Source: Anaerolineae bacterium
GTDB lineage: Bacteria > Chloroflexota > Anaerolineae > VGOG01
DNA length: 64,000 nt
Direction of reading: 5' to 3'
NCBI GenBank assembly: GCA_034431315.1
Contig: DAOUDK010000065.1
Location: forward strand, 8,542-72,541
The notes under the pieces were generated by a model. That model did not search any database. It saw nothing but the letters and a program-made list of their open reading frames with translations, and had not been told where the DNA came from. Every line of letters starts with the position of its first letter. Position 1 is the stretch's first letter. Positions 37,869 to 47,284 of this stretch are shown here, piece by piece. A program made the position numbers and the translations under genes.

Positions 37869-38055
37869 CTTCTAATGGCCACGGAGCCATGTCAGCCTCG
37901 TGGGGTTTTGGCACGTATTCGCAGCCACTCGACGACTTGCAGCTCGAGGAGGGGGAGAATGAACGATCCTTGACGACCCCAAGAATCCAGTGGAGGGAGA
38001 GAATCTCTCGCTGGATTCCCGCTACAGTCATTGCGGGAAACACGTCAAAACGCCG

Positions 38056-38082
38056 TGATTCACGCAAGATTTGCTTCGTGAA
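38056..38082. promoter_or_regulatory. 24-bp palindromic operator-like site TTCACGCAAGATTTGCTTCGTGAA
   Basis: Imperfect palindrome about 25 nt upstream of TCATAAT, 110 nt upstream of the repeat-protein gene. Confidence 0.4.
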
Positions 38083-38194
38083 TCGTGAGTTTCGCGTCAT
38101 GCCGTCATAATCGAAAACCCGATTAGGCCGCCTATTGCAGTCGCGATGTTCAGATAAGCGGTGATCACACTTTTGTTTGCAGGAGGGAAGAGCC

Positions 38195-38944
38195 ATGGAC
38201 GAGAGGGAACTGAAAGACTTCCTAAAGAAGCAAGGCATCAATGATACCGAGGGCCACATTCGTATCCACCCGGAGACAGGGGAGGTACAGAAATGGGGTT
38301 TGCTCGGTTGGGAGAGTAAGGGCCACACTCGTATCCACCCGGAGACAGGGGAGGTACAGAAACGGGGTTTGCTCGGTTGGGAGAGTAAAGGCCACACTCG
38401 CATCCACCCGGAGACAGGGGAGGTACAGAAACGGGGTTTGCTCGGTTGGGAGAGTAAAGGCCACACTCGTATCCACCCGGAGACAGGGGAAGTACAGAAA
38501 CGGGGTTTGCTCGGTTGGGAGAGTGCAGGCCACACTCGTATCCACCCGCAGACAGGGGAGGTACAGAAATGGGGTTTGCTCGGTTGGCCGCGTACAGTGC
38601 TTCCTACTCCCAAGACGCCCGGAGGGACGAAAGGTTTAGGAAGTGGTGGAGGCATTAAGGGTGGCACGTCTGTCATCTACACGGGAACAGCAGGATCCGG
38701 AGTGGGTTGGTTGCTAGCTCCTCTTCTCTGGATTGTAGCTTCATACGGGGGGTTTTTCCTTGGGACGTCACTAATCACGGAGCCGTACTCTTCTTGGAAA
38801 ACGATAGTCGGCCTCATCATCATGGTCCTAAGTCTACCCGGCGCTCTTGCAGGCACGCCGATACTCCTTGGGCTCGCTCTGTTCTTCCTAGGGATTGCAG
38901 GAATCATAGGGCTCATTGAGCTCGTGGCGGAACACTTGTTTTGA
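38195..38944 (+). CDS. membrane protein with five perfect tandem 20-aa repeats (GHTRIHPETGEVQKRGLLGWESK), Gly-rich linker, two TM helices
   Basis: GGAGGGA RBS, ATG at 38195. 5x60-bp DNA repeats at about 38292..38591. The opposite-strand ORF 37750..38676 is a mirror artefact. Confidence 0.7.
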   Translation: MDERELKDFLKKQGINDTEGHIRIHPETGEVQKWGLLGWESKGHTRIHPETGEVQKRGLLGWESKGHTRIHPETGEVQKRGLLGWESKGHTRIHPETGEVQKRGLLGWESAGHTRIHPQTGEVQKWGLLGWPRTVLPTPKTPGGTKGLGSGGGIKGGTSVIYTGTAGSGVGWLLAPLLWIVASYGGFFLGTSLITEPYSSWKTIVGLIIMVLSLPGALAGTPILLGLALFFLGIAGIIGLIELVAEHLF

Positions 38945-39059
38945 GAACAAGGAAGGTCCCGGTGGGAGGCAAACCTCCCACCGCTCAGGTTAGGCGCTCT
39001 TTGATTGGCTCTCCCTTGGCATAATGGCAGATAAAGTGGCCCAAACGCGCAACCGAGAG

Positions 39060-39141
39060 GTGTTCAGTATGGTGCGGTCAGAGATGAGCAAGGAGATGGG
39101 GAGAATAGTGAGGAAGAAACTGAAGGGGGAGGGTTTGCTTT
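39060..39141 (+). pseudogene. small island-family gene, 3' fragment copy D
   Basis: VFSMVRSEMSKEMGRIVRKKLKGEGLL*. Confidence 0.3.
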
Positions 39142-39198
39142 GAACAGATCAAGAAATGGCCTATCTGCCATTTCACTGCTGACACAGGAGAGAACGGG

Positions 39199-39609
39199 AT
39201 GATTCTATACTGCCCATGGTGTGGTGCGCCCAATCCTGACACCAATCCATTGTGTGGACAATGTGGCACCAGGCTAGATGATCCTAATGATCCGAACCGC
39301 CATCAGTTCGCCTACCCACATCACTATCCCCTTCGGACAATGCCACTTACCTGTCCATCACCGCAGTGTGGTGTCCAGGTTCAATACCCAAGTCCGCTAC
39401 AAGACGGTGTGTACAAGGTACTGAACACTCCGCAGGGACAGCAGGCCGCACAGCAAGAAATACAACAGGTTCGACAACGGCAGGGGGTTTATTGCTGGCA
39501 CTGCGGGCGTTGGCTGGAAAGAAAAAGTGTATCGGGAAGTAGTTGGTTTTGGTTTGTGGTAGCTGTGATCTTGCTTTTTGCTTTAGGGAGATGTATGGGC
39601 TGGTGGTGA
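39199..39609 (+). CDS. zinc-ribbon membrane protein
   Basis: CPWCG...CGQCG and CWHCG Cys pairs, C-terminal TM helix. Confidence 0.55.
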   Translation: MILYCPWCGAPNPDTNPLCGQCGTRLDDPNDPNRHQFAYPHHYPLRTMPLTCPSPQCGVQVQYPSPLQDGVYKVLNTPQGQQAAQQEIQQVRQRQGVYCWHCGRWLERKSVSGSSWFWFVVAVILLFALGRCMGWW

Positions 39610-39664
39610 AACAGCTGTACATGGACGCCCAACACGTACTAATACGTCTGAAAGCTATCATCTG

Positions 39665-41707
39665 CTAACCGTTGCAGGCCACCTGCATAAACCGCAGTTG
39701 CCCCCCGCTCTTTAGCCCCAACAAATCAGCAGCCTCGGTAAGCTGCTCCACCGAAACAACCGGCCCGTATTTCGCTTTCCGCGCCTCAAGCCCCTTCCTC
39801 TGCTCCGCATAGACTTCAAACAGCCTGGCCGGGATGTTCTTCTCTTTCCGGTAGGCTTCTTCCTGCAAGTCAATCCTGGCCAGGATGTTGTCCACATAGA
39901 ACGCAAACTGCTTGTCATAGAGCTCCTTCGGATACTCCTTGCCAATCCCGTCGAACAACTCTTGGAGATCCTCATATTTCGGAATGAATCCGATGGGAGT
40001 CTCAACCGCACCAACGTCTCCGTGCGCCCTCAGCTCAAGCCAGCCGAGCCACACTTTCACGTCGCGTTTCTCGCCCAGCAACTCGTCCTGAGCTTTGTCG
40101 AAGGGCTTGTCCCCTTCCCCACCACGGGCGCCGTGCGTCAGGAAGTAGTTCAACCCGGCCATGATGGGTTTGCTTTTCAGTTGGTCAGAATTGAAGAACA
40201 CAAACTGGGCATCCATGTAGTCGGCCAGCGGCCCAGGGATGAACGGCTCGTTGGCCCAGGGCTGGCGGCGGACGCCCTTGGCCCCCACCTCCGTGGCGGT
40301 TGCCGCCGAGAGAACCGAGGCCCCGATGACGACACCGTGATCGGGATCCTTGGCCACCCAGACCGGCGGCATCGTATCGCTGTCCCGCCCGCTGTAGGTG
40401 ATCACTTTGATCTCCGCCCCGCGTGGATCTTCGGCCACGGCTTCGTTGTAATTTCCGATGGCGCTGTTTGAAACCGTGCATCGTGCATTCGGATTAGAAA
40501 GCGGAATAGGCTTGCCATCTTCATCCGTCTTGCCTTCCCACCACTCGCCCTGGAAGTTAATGCCTTTTTGGGGGCGTTCCTCTCCGTTCCCAACCCAGTG
40601 CGGCACTCCGTGTGCGTCAATCAGCACGTTGGTCCAGATCACTTCCGCGCCTTCTTCCCTCAGACATTTCATCAAGTACGGATCATCTTCGCGCTTCACA
40701 TCCCTGACGATGCCAAAGATGCCGCACTCAGGATTGATAGCTCGCAACGTCCCGTCTTCAGCAATCCACAACTGGGCCAGGTCATCGCCGATAAAATCCG
40801 TGCCCACCATGGCCGTGGTGGTTTTCCCGCATCCAGAAGGCGCCGCCCCGGCAAAGTATGTCCTTCTCCCGCCAGGGCCTGTTACGCCGGTGATAAACAT
40901 GTGCTCCGATAGTTCTTGTTCTCTACGGTAGTAGGTTGCCAGGTCAACCGCAAAGCGGTGATTCCCTTTTTTCAGCAGCAGCGTATTGCCGGCATACGTG
41001 CAGAACATCGAGAACGTCGTCAGCCAACTTCGGTCCATGAACACCCTGGCTTTCGGCAGATCCTGCGGTCTGTTTGGCCCTTCACTATGAACATTGGTCA
41101 GGAACAGCCCCACTCGTTGCACCTCTTCGTCAAACTGGTCATAGACGTGTCTGTACAGGATGTTGGCCGAGTGCATGACGTAGGTTGAGGTCGTGATCTC
41201 CAGAGCCGGAATCGCAGCCGGAGCGCCGATGGGGCCTCTGCTGAAGAAACCCACCAGCAGAGTTTTCCCTCTCGCGATTCCGGTCATGTGGGTTTTGACA
41301 TAGTCGTACGCTTCATCCCTGAGAATCTTCTTGGCCAGCACACTGACTTCTTCGCCTTCGTTCACGATGTAGAACGTTCTATCAATGATCCGCGCCTGTT
41401 CCTGGGCCAGGTCGAAGTGGATGGTGTGGTCTTTCATGGCCAGCGGCGCTTCCTCGCCTTTTTCCAGGCACATCTCCCTGACTCTTTGAACGTCCGCCTC
41501 CGATCCGGTATTCACGAAGACCGCGTCAGGGTCAGTCATGGCAATCGCGTTGGCGATTTTCAGCAGCGCTTCTTCATTGGCAATCTTGTTCAGCTTTGCT
41601 AGACTCTCCTGGTCACACTTGACCTCGAGCAGCGCCTTTGCTTCATCCAGGCTTCCAATCCCGCCCACTTCGGCAAGGATGTCAACGCCTTTTTTCAGTT
41701 CTAGCAT
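39665..41707 (-). CDS. pckG: phosphoenolpyruvate carboxykinase (GTP)
   Basis: GTP-PEPCK kinase-1a/P-loop motif (SGCGKTT...) and overall family match. Confidence 0.9.
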   Translation of the reverse strand: MLELKKGVDILAEVGGIGSLDEAKALLEVKCDQESLAKLNKIANEEALLKIANAIAMTDPDAVFVNTGSEADVQRVREMCLEKGEEAPLAMKDHTIHFDLAQEQARIIDRTFYIVNEGEEVSVLAKKILRDEAYDYVKTHMTGIARGKTLLVGFFSRGPIGAPAAIPALEITTSTYVMHSANILYRHVYDQFDEEVQRVGLFLTNVHSEGPNRPQDLPKARVFMDRSWLTTFSMFCTYAGNTLLLKKGNHRFAVDLATYYRREQELSEHMFITGVTGPGGRRTYFAGAAPSGCGKTTTAMVGTDFIGDDLAQLWIAEDGTLRAINPECGIFGIVRDVKREDDPYLMKCLREEGAEVIWTNVLIDAHGVPHWVGNGEERPQKGINFQGEWWEGKTDEDGKPIPLSNPNARCTVSNSAIGNYNEAVAEDPRGAEIKVITYSGRDSDTMPPVWVAKDPDHGVVIGASVLSAATATEVGAKGVRRQPWANEPFIPGPLADYMDAQFVFFNSDQLKSKPIMAGLNYFLTHGARGGEGDKPFDKAQDELLGEKRDVKVWLGWLELRAHGDVGAVETPIGFIPKYEDLQELFDGIGKEYPKELYDKQFAFYVDNILARIDLQEEAYRKEKNIPARLFEVYAEQRKGLEARKAKYGPVVSVEQLTEAADLLGLKSGGQLRFMQVACNG

Positions 41708-41741
41708 GCTTTTTCTCCTTCATCTTTGAAGTTTGAAGCGG

Positions 41742-42974
41742 CTAACACTCCTTCTCTTCTATCGCGTCCGCTGCCACGGCATCCGCCTCCACGTCCCGCA
41801 CGCCGGGCCGGGGGCGCAGCACCTCCTGATAGTACTCGTGCTGGATGATCAGATTCATGATCTCGTTGGTGCCGGTCCAGATCAGGCTCAGGCGCAGATC
41901 GCGCAGCAGGCGCTCAATGGGGTAGACGTTGGTATAGCCGATGCCGCCCATGATCTGCATGGCGTAGTTGACGATCTCTCAGGCGGCGTCGGTGGCGAAC
42001 TTCTTGGCCTCGGAGACCATGCGCCGCGCATGGCCCGCCTCCGCGCCGCTGTCCACCGTGTGGGCGGTGGCGTAGACCAGCGAGCTGGCCGCGTCGAGCA
42101 ATGTGATGCTGTCGGCCACTTTGAAGCTCACTCCCTCAAAGCGCCGGATCACTTTTCCGAAGGCCTGGCGGCGGTCGGAGTAGCGGGCGGCGATCTCCAG
42201 AGCCGCTCGCGCCATGCCCAGGGCCCCCGCCGCGCTGGTCAGCCGCTCAGGGATCATCATCTGGTAGAAGACAGCAGCCGCGCCGTTCTCCTCACCGATG
42301 AGGTTCTCACGTGGCACCCGAACGTCACGGAAATAAAGTCGCCCCGTGCCGCCGCCTCGCGTCCCCATCAGCCCGTAGACGTGCTGCACCTCCAGCCCCT
42401 CGCCCCGCTCGACGACGAAGGCGCTCAGAGCCTGACGGGATGGAGCTTCGGGATCGGTGCGGGCGTAGACCAGGAAGAAATCCGCCTTCTCCGCGCCGAC
42501 GATGAAGCGCTTTTGCCCGCTGAGGACGTAGGCGTCGCCGTCGCGGCTGGCCGTGGTGGTGGTGCCAAAGAAATCGGAGCCGCCCCGGGGCTCGGTCAGC
42601 GCCTCGGCGGCGATGAGCTTCCCCGCCAGCAAAGGACGCAGCCAGCGCTCCTTCTGCTCCGGCGTGCCGAACAAGTGGAGGGCCTCGCCGACGATACTGG
42701 GCATCACGTAGGCACAGGACAGCGCGGTGCCCAGCACACCCACCTCCTCGATGGCCACGATCTCATCGGTCCAGCTCAGCCCGCCCCCGCCGTATTCGCG
42801 CGGGAAACGCAGGCCCAGCAGACCGCGTCGCGCCGCTTCCTCGACGAACTCGCGCGGGTACTGCACCCGGTCGGCGTCCATGTCCAACAACAACTGGCGA
42901 GGAACCCCTTTGACAAAGGCCCTCACTTTGTCGCGGAGCCTCTTTTGTTGTTCTGTCAACAGGCTCTCAATCAT
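41742..42974 (-). pseudogene. acyl-CoA dehydrogenase interrupted by an in-frame TGA (41979..41981)
   Basis: Reads ...[27 protein letters not shown]... across ORFs 41979..42974 and 41742..41960 in the same frame. Confidence 0.6.
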
Positions 42975-42983
42975 TATTTGCTT

Positions 42984-43745
42984 TCACTCCTTTTCCGCCA
43001 GCAGTGCAAAATCGCGCAGGGGCAGCATCTCAAACTGTTCTGGAGCAGCCACGTATTCCTTCAACCAACCGGGCAGTCGCCGCAGGTCCTGGATGTGCGC
43101 CCCCGGCCACCCTTCGTAGAGACCCAGCGGATCGAGGTGCAGACCAGGAATCCCCACCCGGTTGGCTCCCCAGATGTCTATGTAGAACATGTCCCCTACG
43201 AACACGGCTTCCTCGGGCTGGAGGCCCAGGTCGTTCAAAGCCAGCTCGTAGATGCCGGGCTCAGGCTTCTCAACTCCCACCACCTCAGAATCGTAGACCC
43301 TCTCGAAATAGCACTGCATCCCCAGATTGTGCAACTCCTCCTCCACCCTGCCGTCGGCGTTGGAGACGATGGACATGCGATACCCTTCGTCTTTCAACTG
43401 GTCGAGGGTTTCCACGATCCACGGGAACGTGAATTCCCAGAGGTTTCTCTGCTCGTGCCTGGCTTCGGCCACTTGTGCTGCCTGCTCCGCACTCTCCTCC
43501 GACAGGCCCACCAACCGCAGAAGGATCTGGGAATAGGGTTCCGAAAGCCCCGACAGAAACCGTCGCTGGGTACTGACGTACGTGTCGAACCAGTGGACGA
43601 GGCGGAAGTGCTCTTCGTAAAACCGCGTCGCCTCAACCTGGAAACCGTGCCGATCCGCCAGCCGTGACAGATAGTCCTGATCTACAAACAGAAATGTACC
43701 ACCGGCATCGAGTAATAGATATGGTTTTGCGGACATTCTGGTCAT
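42984..43745 (-). CDS. HAD-superfamily hydrolase
   Basis: LLDAGGT motif I, VSNADG, GDMFYID. ATG at 43745 overlapping the upstream stop (ATGA). Confidence 0.7.
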   Translation of the reverse strand: MTRMSAKPYLLLDAGGTFLFVDQDYLSRLADRHGFQVEATRFYEEHFRLVHWFDTYVSTQRRFLSGLSEPYSQILLRLVGLSEESAEQAAQVAEARHEQRNLWEFTFPWIVETLDQLKDEGYRMSIVSNADGRVEEELHNLGMQCYFERVYDSEVVGVEKPEPGIYELALNDLGLQPEEAVFVGDMFYIDIWGANRVGIPGLHLDPLGLYEGWPGAHIQDLRRLPGWLKEYVAAPEQFEMLPLRDFALLAEKE

Positions 43746-44014
43746 CCTGGACCTACCTTCTTCGACTCCTTGCGGTCTTTGTTTGATGGTGCGTTCGTGC
43801 CTGCCTGCTCTTCCGCTTTTTGCTCGTAGTACCGTCGGCATAGAGCAATAACCTGCGCGAACAGCTCAGGTTCGTCAGAGATACAGTGCTCCTCGCCGTT
43901 CAAATAGAAGTATATCTTCCCATCATCCCAGCCCACAAGCTGAATCTTCTCGTTCATGGTCAGCCTCTGCTCTCCTTTCCAGCGCCAAGATGGACCGTTT
44001 TGGGATTTGGTCAT
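43742..44014 (-). CDS. hypothetical small protein (90 aa)
   Basis: Coupled to the HAD gene. No recognisable family. Confidence 0.45.
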   Translation of the reverse strand: MTKSQNGPSWRWKGEQRLTMNEKIQLVGWDDGKIYFYLNGEEHCISDEPELFAQVIALCRRYYEQKAEEQAGTNAPSNKDRKESKKVGPG

Positions 44015-44058
44015 TTGTCATTGGTCATCCCCCAGATCGTCAGTCCAAAACGATCTAC

Positions 44059-45459
44059 TCAGAGCTCAGGCAACACCTTGCCCGGATTCAGGATGTTCTG
44101 CGGGTCCAGTGCCTGCTTGATGCCACGCATCAAGTCCACGACCACTGGGCCCAGCGCCATCTCCAGGTAGGGGAGCTTCAGTGTGCCCACTCCGTGCTCC
44201 CCAGAGAGGGTGCCACCAAGTTCCACCGCCATAGTGAAGATGTCACCCACAGCCTGCTCCACCCGACCCCATTCCTCCTCGTCCCGCTTGTCGAACAGGA
44301 TGTTGGGGTGCAGGTTGCCATCCCCAGCGTGGCCGAAGACCACGATGGGGAGGTTGTATTTCAGGCCGATCTCTTTGATGCGCCGCACCGCCTGCGGGAC
44401 CTGCGAGCGGGGCACGGAGATGTCCTCGCCCAGCTTGTTGGGAGCCCGCTGGGCCAGCGATGGCCCCACCGAACGCCGGCCGCGCCACAGATCCTCCCGC
44501 TCAGCATCGGTCTCGGCCACTTTCACCCCTGAGGCCCCGTGCCGACGGGCGATCTTGGCCATGGCCTCGATTTCCTTGACCACCACGTCCTCGTCCTCAC
44601 CATCGGACTCCAGGATCAGGACAGCCGCCGCGCCCACCGGCAGCCCCAGGTGCATGTATTCTTCGATGGTGCTGATGGTGGTGTCGTCCATGATCTCGAG
44701 GGTACAGGGCACGATGCCAGCCATCAGGATAGCGTTGACCGTGCGGCTGGCGTCATCCAACACGGGGTAGATAGCCAGGGCTGTACAGACGGCCTCCGGC
44801 TTGCTCATCAGCTTGACCAGCACCTCGGTGATCACCCCCAGTGTCCCCTCGGAGCCGACAAAAAGCTGAGTCAGGTTGTAGCCGGTCACGTTTTTGATAG
44901 CCTTGCCGCCAGTCTGCAAAACGCGCCCATCGGCCAGCACAACCTTAAGCCCCAACACGTAGTCGCCAGTGACGCCGTACTTCAGACAGCGAGGGCCGCC
45001 AGCATTGCAGGCCACGTTCCCGGCCAGAGTGGACTGTTTGATGCTGGATGGATCAGGCGGGTAGTACAGGCCCCGCTCTTCTACAACCGCTTGAAGATCG
45101 GCGGTGACCACTCCAGCCTCGGCTGTGGCCGTCATGTTCTCTTCGTCAATCTCCAGGATGCGGTTCATGCGGGTCAGGCTGAGGACGATCCCGCCTGAAA
45201 AAGGGACCGAGGCCGCAGCCAGCCCGCTTCCCATCCCCCGTGGCACGACCGCAATCTCCTCCTGATAGGCCAGTCGCATCACCTGGCTCACCTCTTCGGT
45301 GGTGGCCGGACTGACCACCACATCGGGGCGTCCCTCGGCAAAAGTGCTGTCGTAGGAGTAGCAGATCAGGTCCTCGGGCGAGGTTAGGACGTGCCGCTTG
45401 CCGACGATGTTCTCTAGTTTTTTGACGATGTGTTTGTCTATCACAAAACGCCTCCTCAT
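44059..45459 (-). CDS. glcD: FAD-linked oxidase (GlcD / D-lactate dehydrogenase family)
   Basis: FAD-binding PCMH domain and C-terminal FAD-oxidase domain. ATG at 45459 overlapping the glcF stop. Confidence 0.85.
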   Translation of the reverse strand: MRRRFVIDKHIVKKLENIVGKRHVLTSPEDLICYSYDSTFAEGRPDVVVSPATTEEVSQVMRLAYQEEIAVVPRGMGSGLAAASVPFSGGIVLSLTRMNRILEIDEENMTATAEAGVVTADLQAVVEERGLYYPPDPSSIKQSTLAGNVACNAGGPRCLKYGVTGDYVLGLKVVLADGRVLQTGGKAIKNVTGYNLTQLFVGSEGTLGVITEVLVKLMSKPEAVCTALAIYPVLDDASRTVNAILMAGIVPCTLEIMDDTTISTIEEYMHLGLPVGAAAVLILESDGEDEDVVVKEIEAMAKIARRHGASGVKVAETDAEREDLWRGRRSVGPSLAQRAPNKLGEDISVPRSQVPQAVRRIKEIGLKYNLPIVVFGHAGDGNLHPNILFDKRDEEEWGRVEQAVGDIFTMAVELGGTLSGEHGVGTLKLPYLEMALGPVVVDLMRGIKQALDPQNILNPGKVLPEL

Positions 45460-46760
45460 CCCTCTGATTTCCGATACGCCTCGTCCAACAACTGAACCGG
45501 ATGCAGCACCCGCACCGGCAGGTCGTGCTTCTTCGCCCCCAGGCCCAGGTGAAGCTGACAGCCGGGGCAACTGGTGACAATGATCTCCGCCCCAGTGTCG
45601 GCGGCGTTGGCGATCTTGCCGGCCAGGATGCCGACCGCGGTTTCGTGGTGGGTCACGATCTGTGTGCCGGCTGAGCCACAACACGAGTCAGCGCCTTTCA
45701 TCTCCACCAGTTCGGCCCCGGAAAGCTGGATCAGCTCCCGTGGCTGCGAGCGCACCTGCTGCGCCCGCGCCAGGTGGCAAGGGTCATGGTAAGTTACCCG
45801 CGCCCGCACCTGGCCCTTCGGCTCCTGTATGCCGATTTCAACCAGAAACTCGTTGATGTCCCGCACCTTGGCGGCAAAGGCTTCAGCTCGCTCGTGCCAC
45901 TCCGCATCGCTGCTGAGGAAGTGAGGATACTCTTTCAATGCCGAACCGCACGTGGCGCAATCGGTGACGATAGCGTCCACATCCAGCCGCTCGAAAAGGG
46001 CAATGTTGTGCCTGGCCAGATCGCGTACCACGTTGCGGAAGCCATAGCCATTGGCCGGCATCCCGCAGCACTTGACCTCCTTGGGCGTGATCACCTCGCA
46101 GCCATTGCGAGCCAGAACCCGCACCGTGGCCGCGCTGCCCTCGGCGAAGATTGTGTTCTGGAAGCAACCCAGAAAGAAGCCGACGCGATACTTCCGTTCG
46201 CTGTTGGCCGCCGTCACTTCGGGCAGCCGGTGACGCAGAGGGCGGACCGGCAAAGGTGGCAATAGTCTCTCCATGTCCCGGAGTTGCTGCGGTAATAGCC
46301 GGGTGATGCCCAGGGTGTGAGCTATCGCTTGCAGGCCTATCTTCTGGTAGAGAACCATCGGCAGCATGGACCACTCGATGCGTTCCATGTGCGGGAAGTA
46401 GTTATGGAAGAGGAGCCGCTTGACCCAGGGTTGAGGTTTGGCCTGGCGCAACAAGTCACGGGTCTCCAGGCACAGGTGGGCTGGCTTAATGCCCACTGGG
46501 CAGATGTCGTCGCAAGCCAGGCAGCCCAGGCAGCGGTGTACGTGGTCGTCGAAGTTGGCGCTCAGCTCCAGCTCGCCCTCCAGGGCCTTGCGGACCAGGG
46601 CCACCCGTCCCCGGGGCGATTCGGTTTCTCGCAGCGAGTGCTTGTAGGTGGGACACACTGAGAGGCACAGCCCACAGCGGATGCAGAAGAGGTACTTTTC
46701 CTCGCTCGGAACCTCAATGCCGAGGCGCTGCAGGTCAGGGTTCGATTCGCCAATAGTCAT
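45456..46760 (-). CDS. glcF: (Fe-S)-binding protein, GlcF-like (2x[4Fe-4S] plus two CCG domains)
   Basis: CIRCGLCLSVCP, CLGCLACDDICP, CCG repeats. ATG at 46760 after GGAGG. Confidence 0.85.
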   Translation of the reverse strand: MTIGESNPDLQRLGIEVPSEEKYLFCIRCGLCLSVCPTYKHSLRETESPRGRVALVRKALEGELELSANFDDHVHRCLGCLACDDICPVGIKPAHLCLETRDLLRQAKPQPWVKRLLFHNYFPHMERIEWSMLPMVLYQKIGLQAIAHTLGITRLLPQQLRDMERLLPPLPVRPLRHRLPEVTAANSERKYRVGFFLGCFQNTIFAEGSAATVRVLARNGCEVITPKEVKCCGMPANGYGFRNVVRDLARHNIALFERLDVDAIVTDCATCGSALKEYPHFLSSDAEWHERAEAFAAKVRDINEFLVEIGIQEPKGQVRARVTYHDPCHLARAQQVRSQPRELIQLSGAELVEMKGADSCCGSAGTQIVTHHETAVGILAGKIANAADTGAEIIVTSCPGCQLHLGLGAKKHDLPVRVLHPVQLLDEAYRKSEG

Positions 46761-46821
46761 GTAATCCTCCGGTGCAGGATGCAGGATGCAAGGTGCATGA
46801 AAGCGAATGGCAGACATGCCG

Positions 46822-47049
46822 TCATGCAGGTGTGCCCACAAGGGAAAACGTGGTGATAGGTAGCATCTCTGCTTCCAGTCGCGAGAGGTTCACAATGCGG
46901 CTGGCGCGGTCAATGTCAATACCCACCAGGTGTCCTTCAGCGTCAAAATCCAACACCACCCCCGGTGCGACCTCTCGCGAATCTACACTCGTTTTTTCCG
47001 ACAAATCAATGTAGAGCGAATCGGTTTCGGGATAGTAGTGAAACTTCAA
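46822..47049 (-). CDS. DUF2283-family protein (short form)
   Basis: MKFHYYPETDSLYIDLS...GVVLDFDAEGHLVGIDI, the canonical DUF2283 pattern. Confidence 0.7.
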   Translation of the reverse strand: MKFHYYPETDSLYIDLSEKTSVDSREVAPGVVLDFDAEGHLVGIDIDRASRIVNLSRLEAEMLPITTFSLVGTPA

Positions 47050-47276
47050 GTTGGCCTCCAGCCACGATTGGCAGCATCAACAGCGCGTGGGGCACAATCC
47101 CAATATTCACCACCACGGCCCAATACTTCTGAAACCGCTTGCTGGCTGGCAGCGGCGAATTCGCTGGCCTCCTGAGCGTAGAAGCGATACCCCTCCGCCG
47201 CCACCTCTTCCTGCTTCCTGTGTGCTACGAGTGCTTCAGCAATCACCTTGCTGCGGCTGATCTTCAACTCTGGCAT
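47046..47276 (-). CDS. hypothetical small protein, coupled partner of DUF2283
   Basis: ATGA overlap with the DUF2283 start. Heptamer array upstream. Confidence 0.45.
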   Translation of the reverse strand: MPELKISRSKVIAEALVAHRKQEEVAAEGYRFYAQEASEFAAASQQAVSEVLGRGGEYWDCAPRAVDAANRGWRPT

Positions 47277-47284
47277 AGCTGCTC

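Noticed and set aside
38292-38591. Possible CRISPR array (regular 60-bp repeats)
   Set aside because: The repeats are contiguous with no spacers, identical, in frame, and coding within a gene with a start and TM tail.
37750-38676. 308-aa minus-strand ORF with QPSKPRFCTSPVSGWIRVWPLLS repeats
   Set aside because: Mirror image of the 60-bp tandem repeats. The plus-strand gene has an RBS, TM helices and a sensible start.
41979-41981. Selenocysteine recoding of the in-frame TGA in the acyl-CoA dehydrogenase
   Set aside because: ACADs are not selenoproteins, the position is not a conserved Cys, and no SECIS-like hairpin follows the codon.
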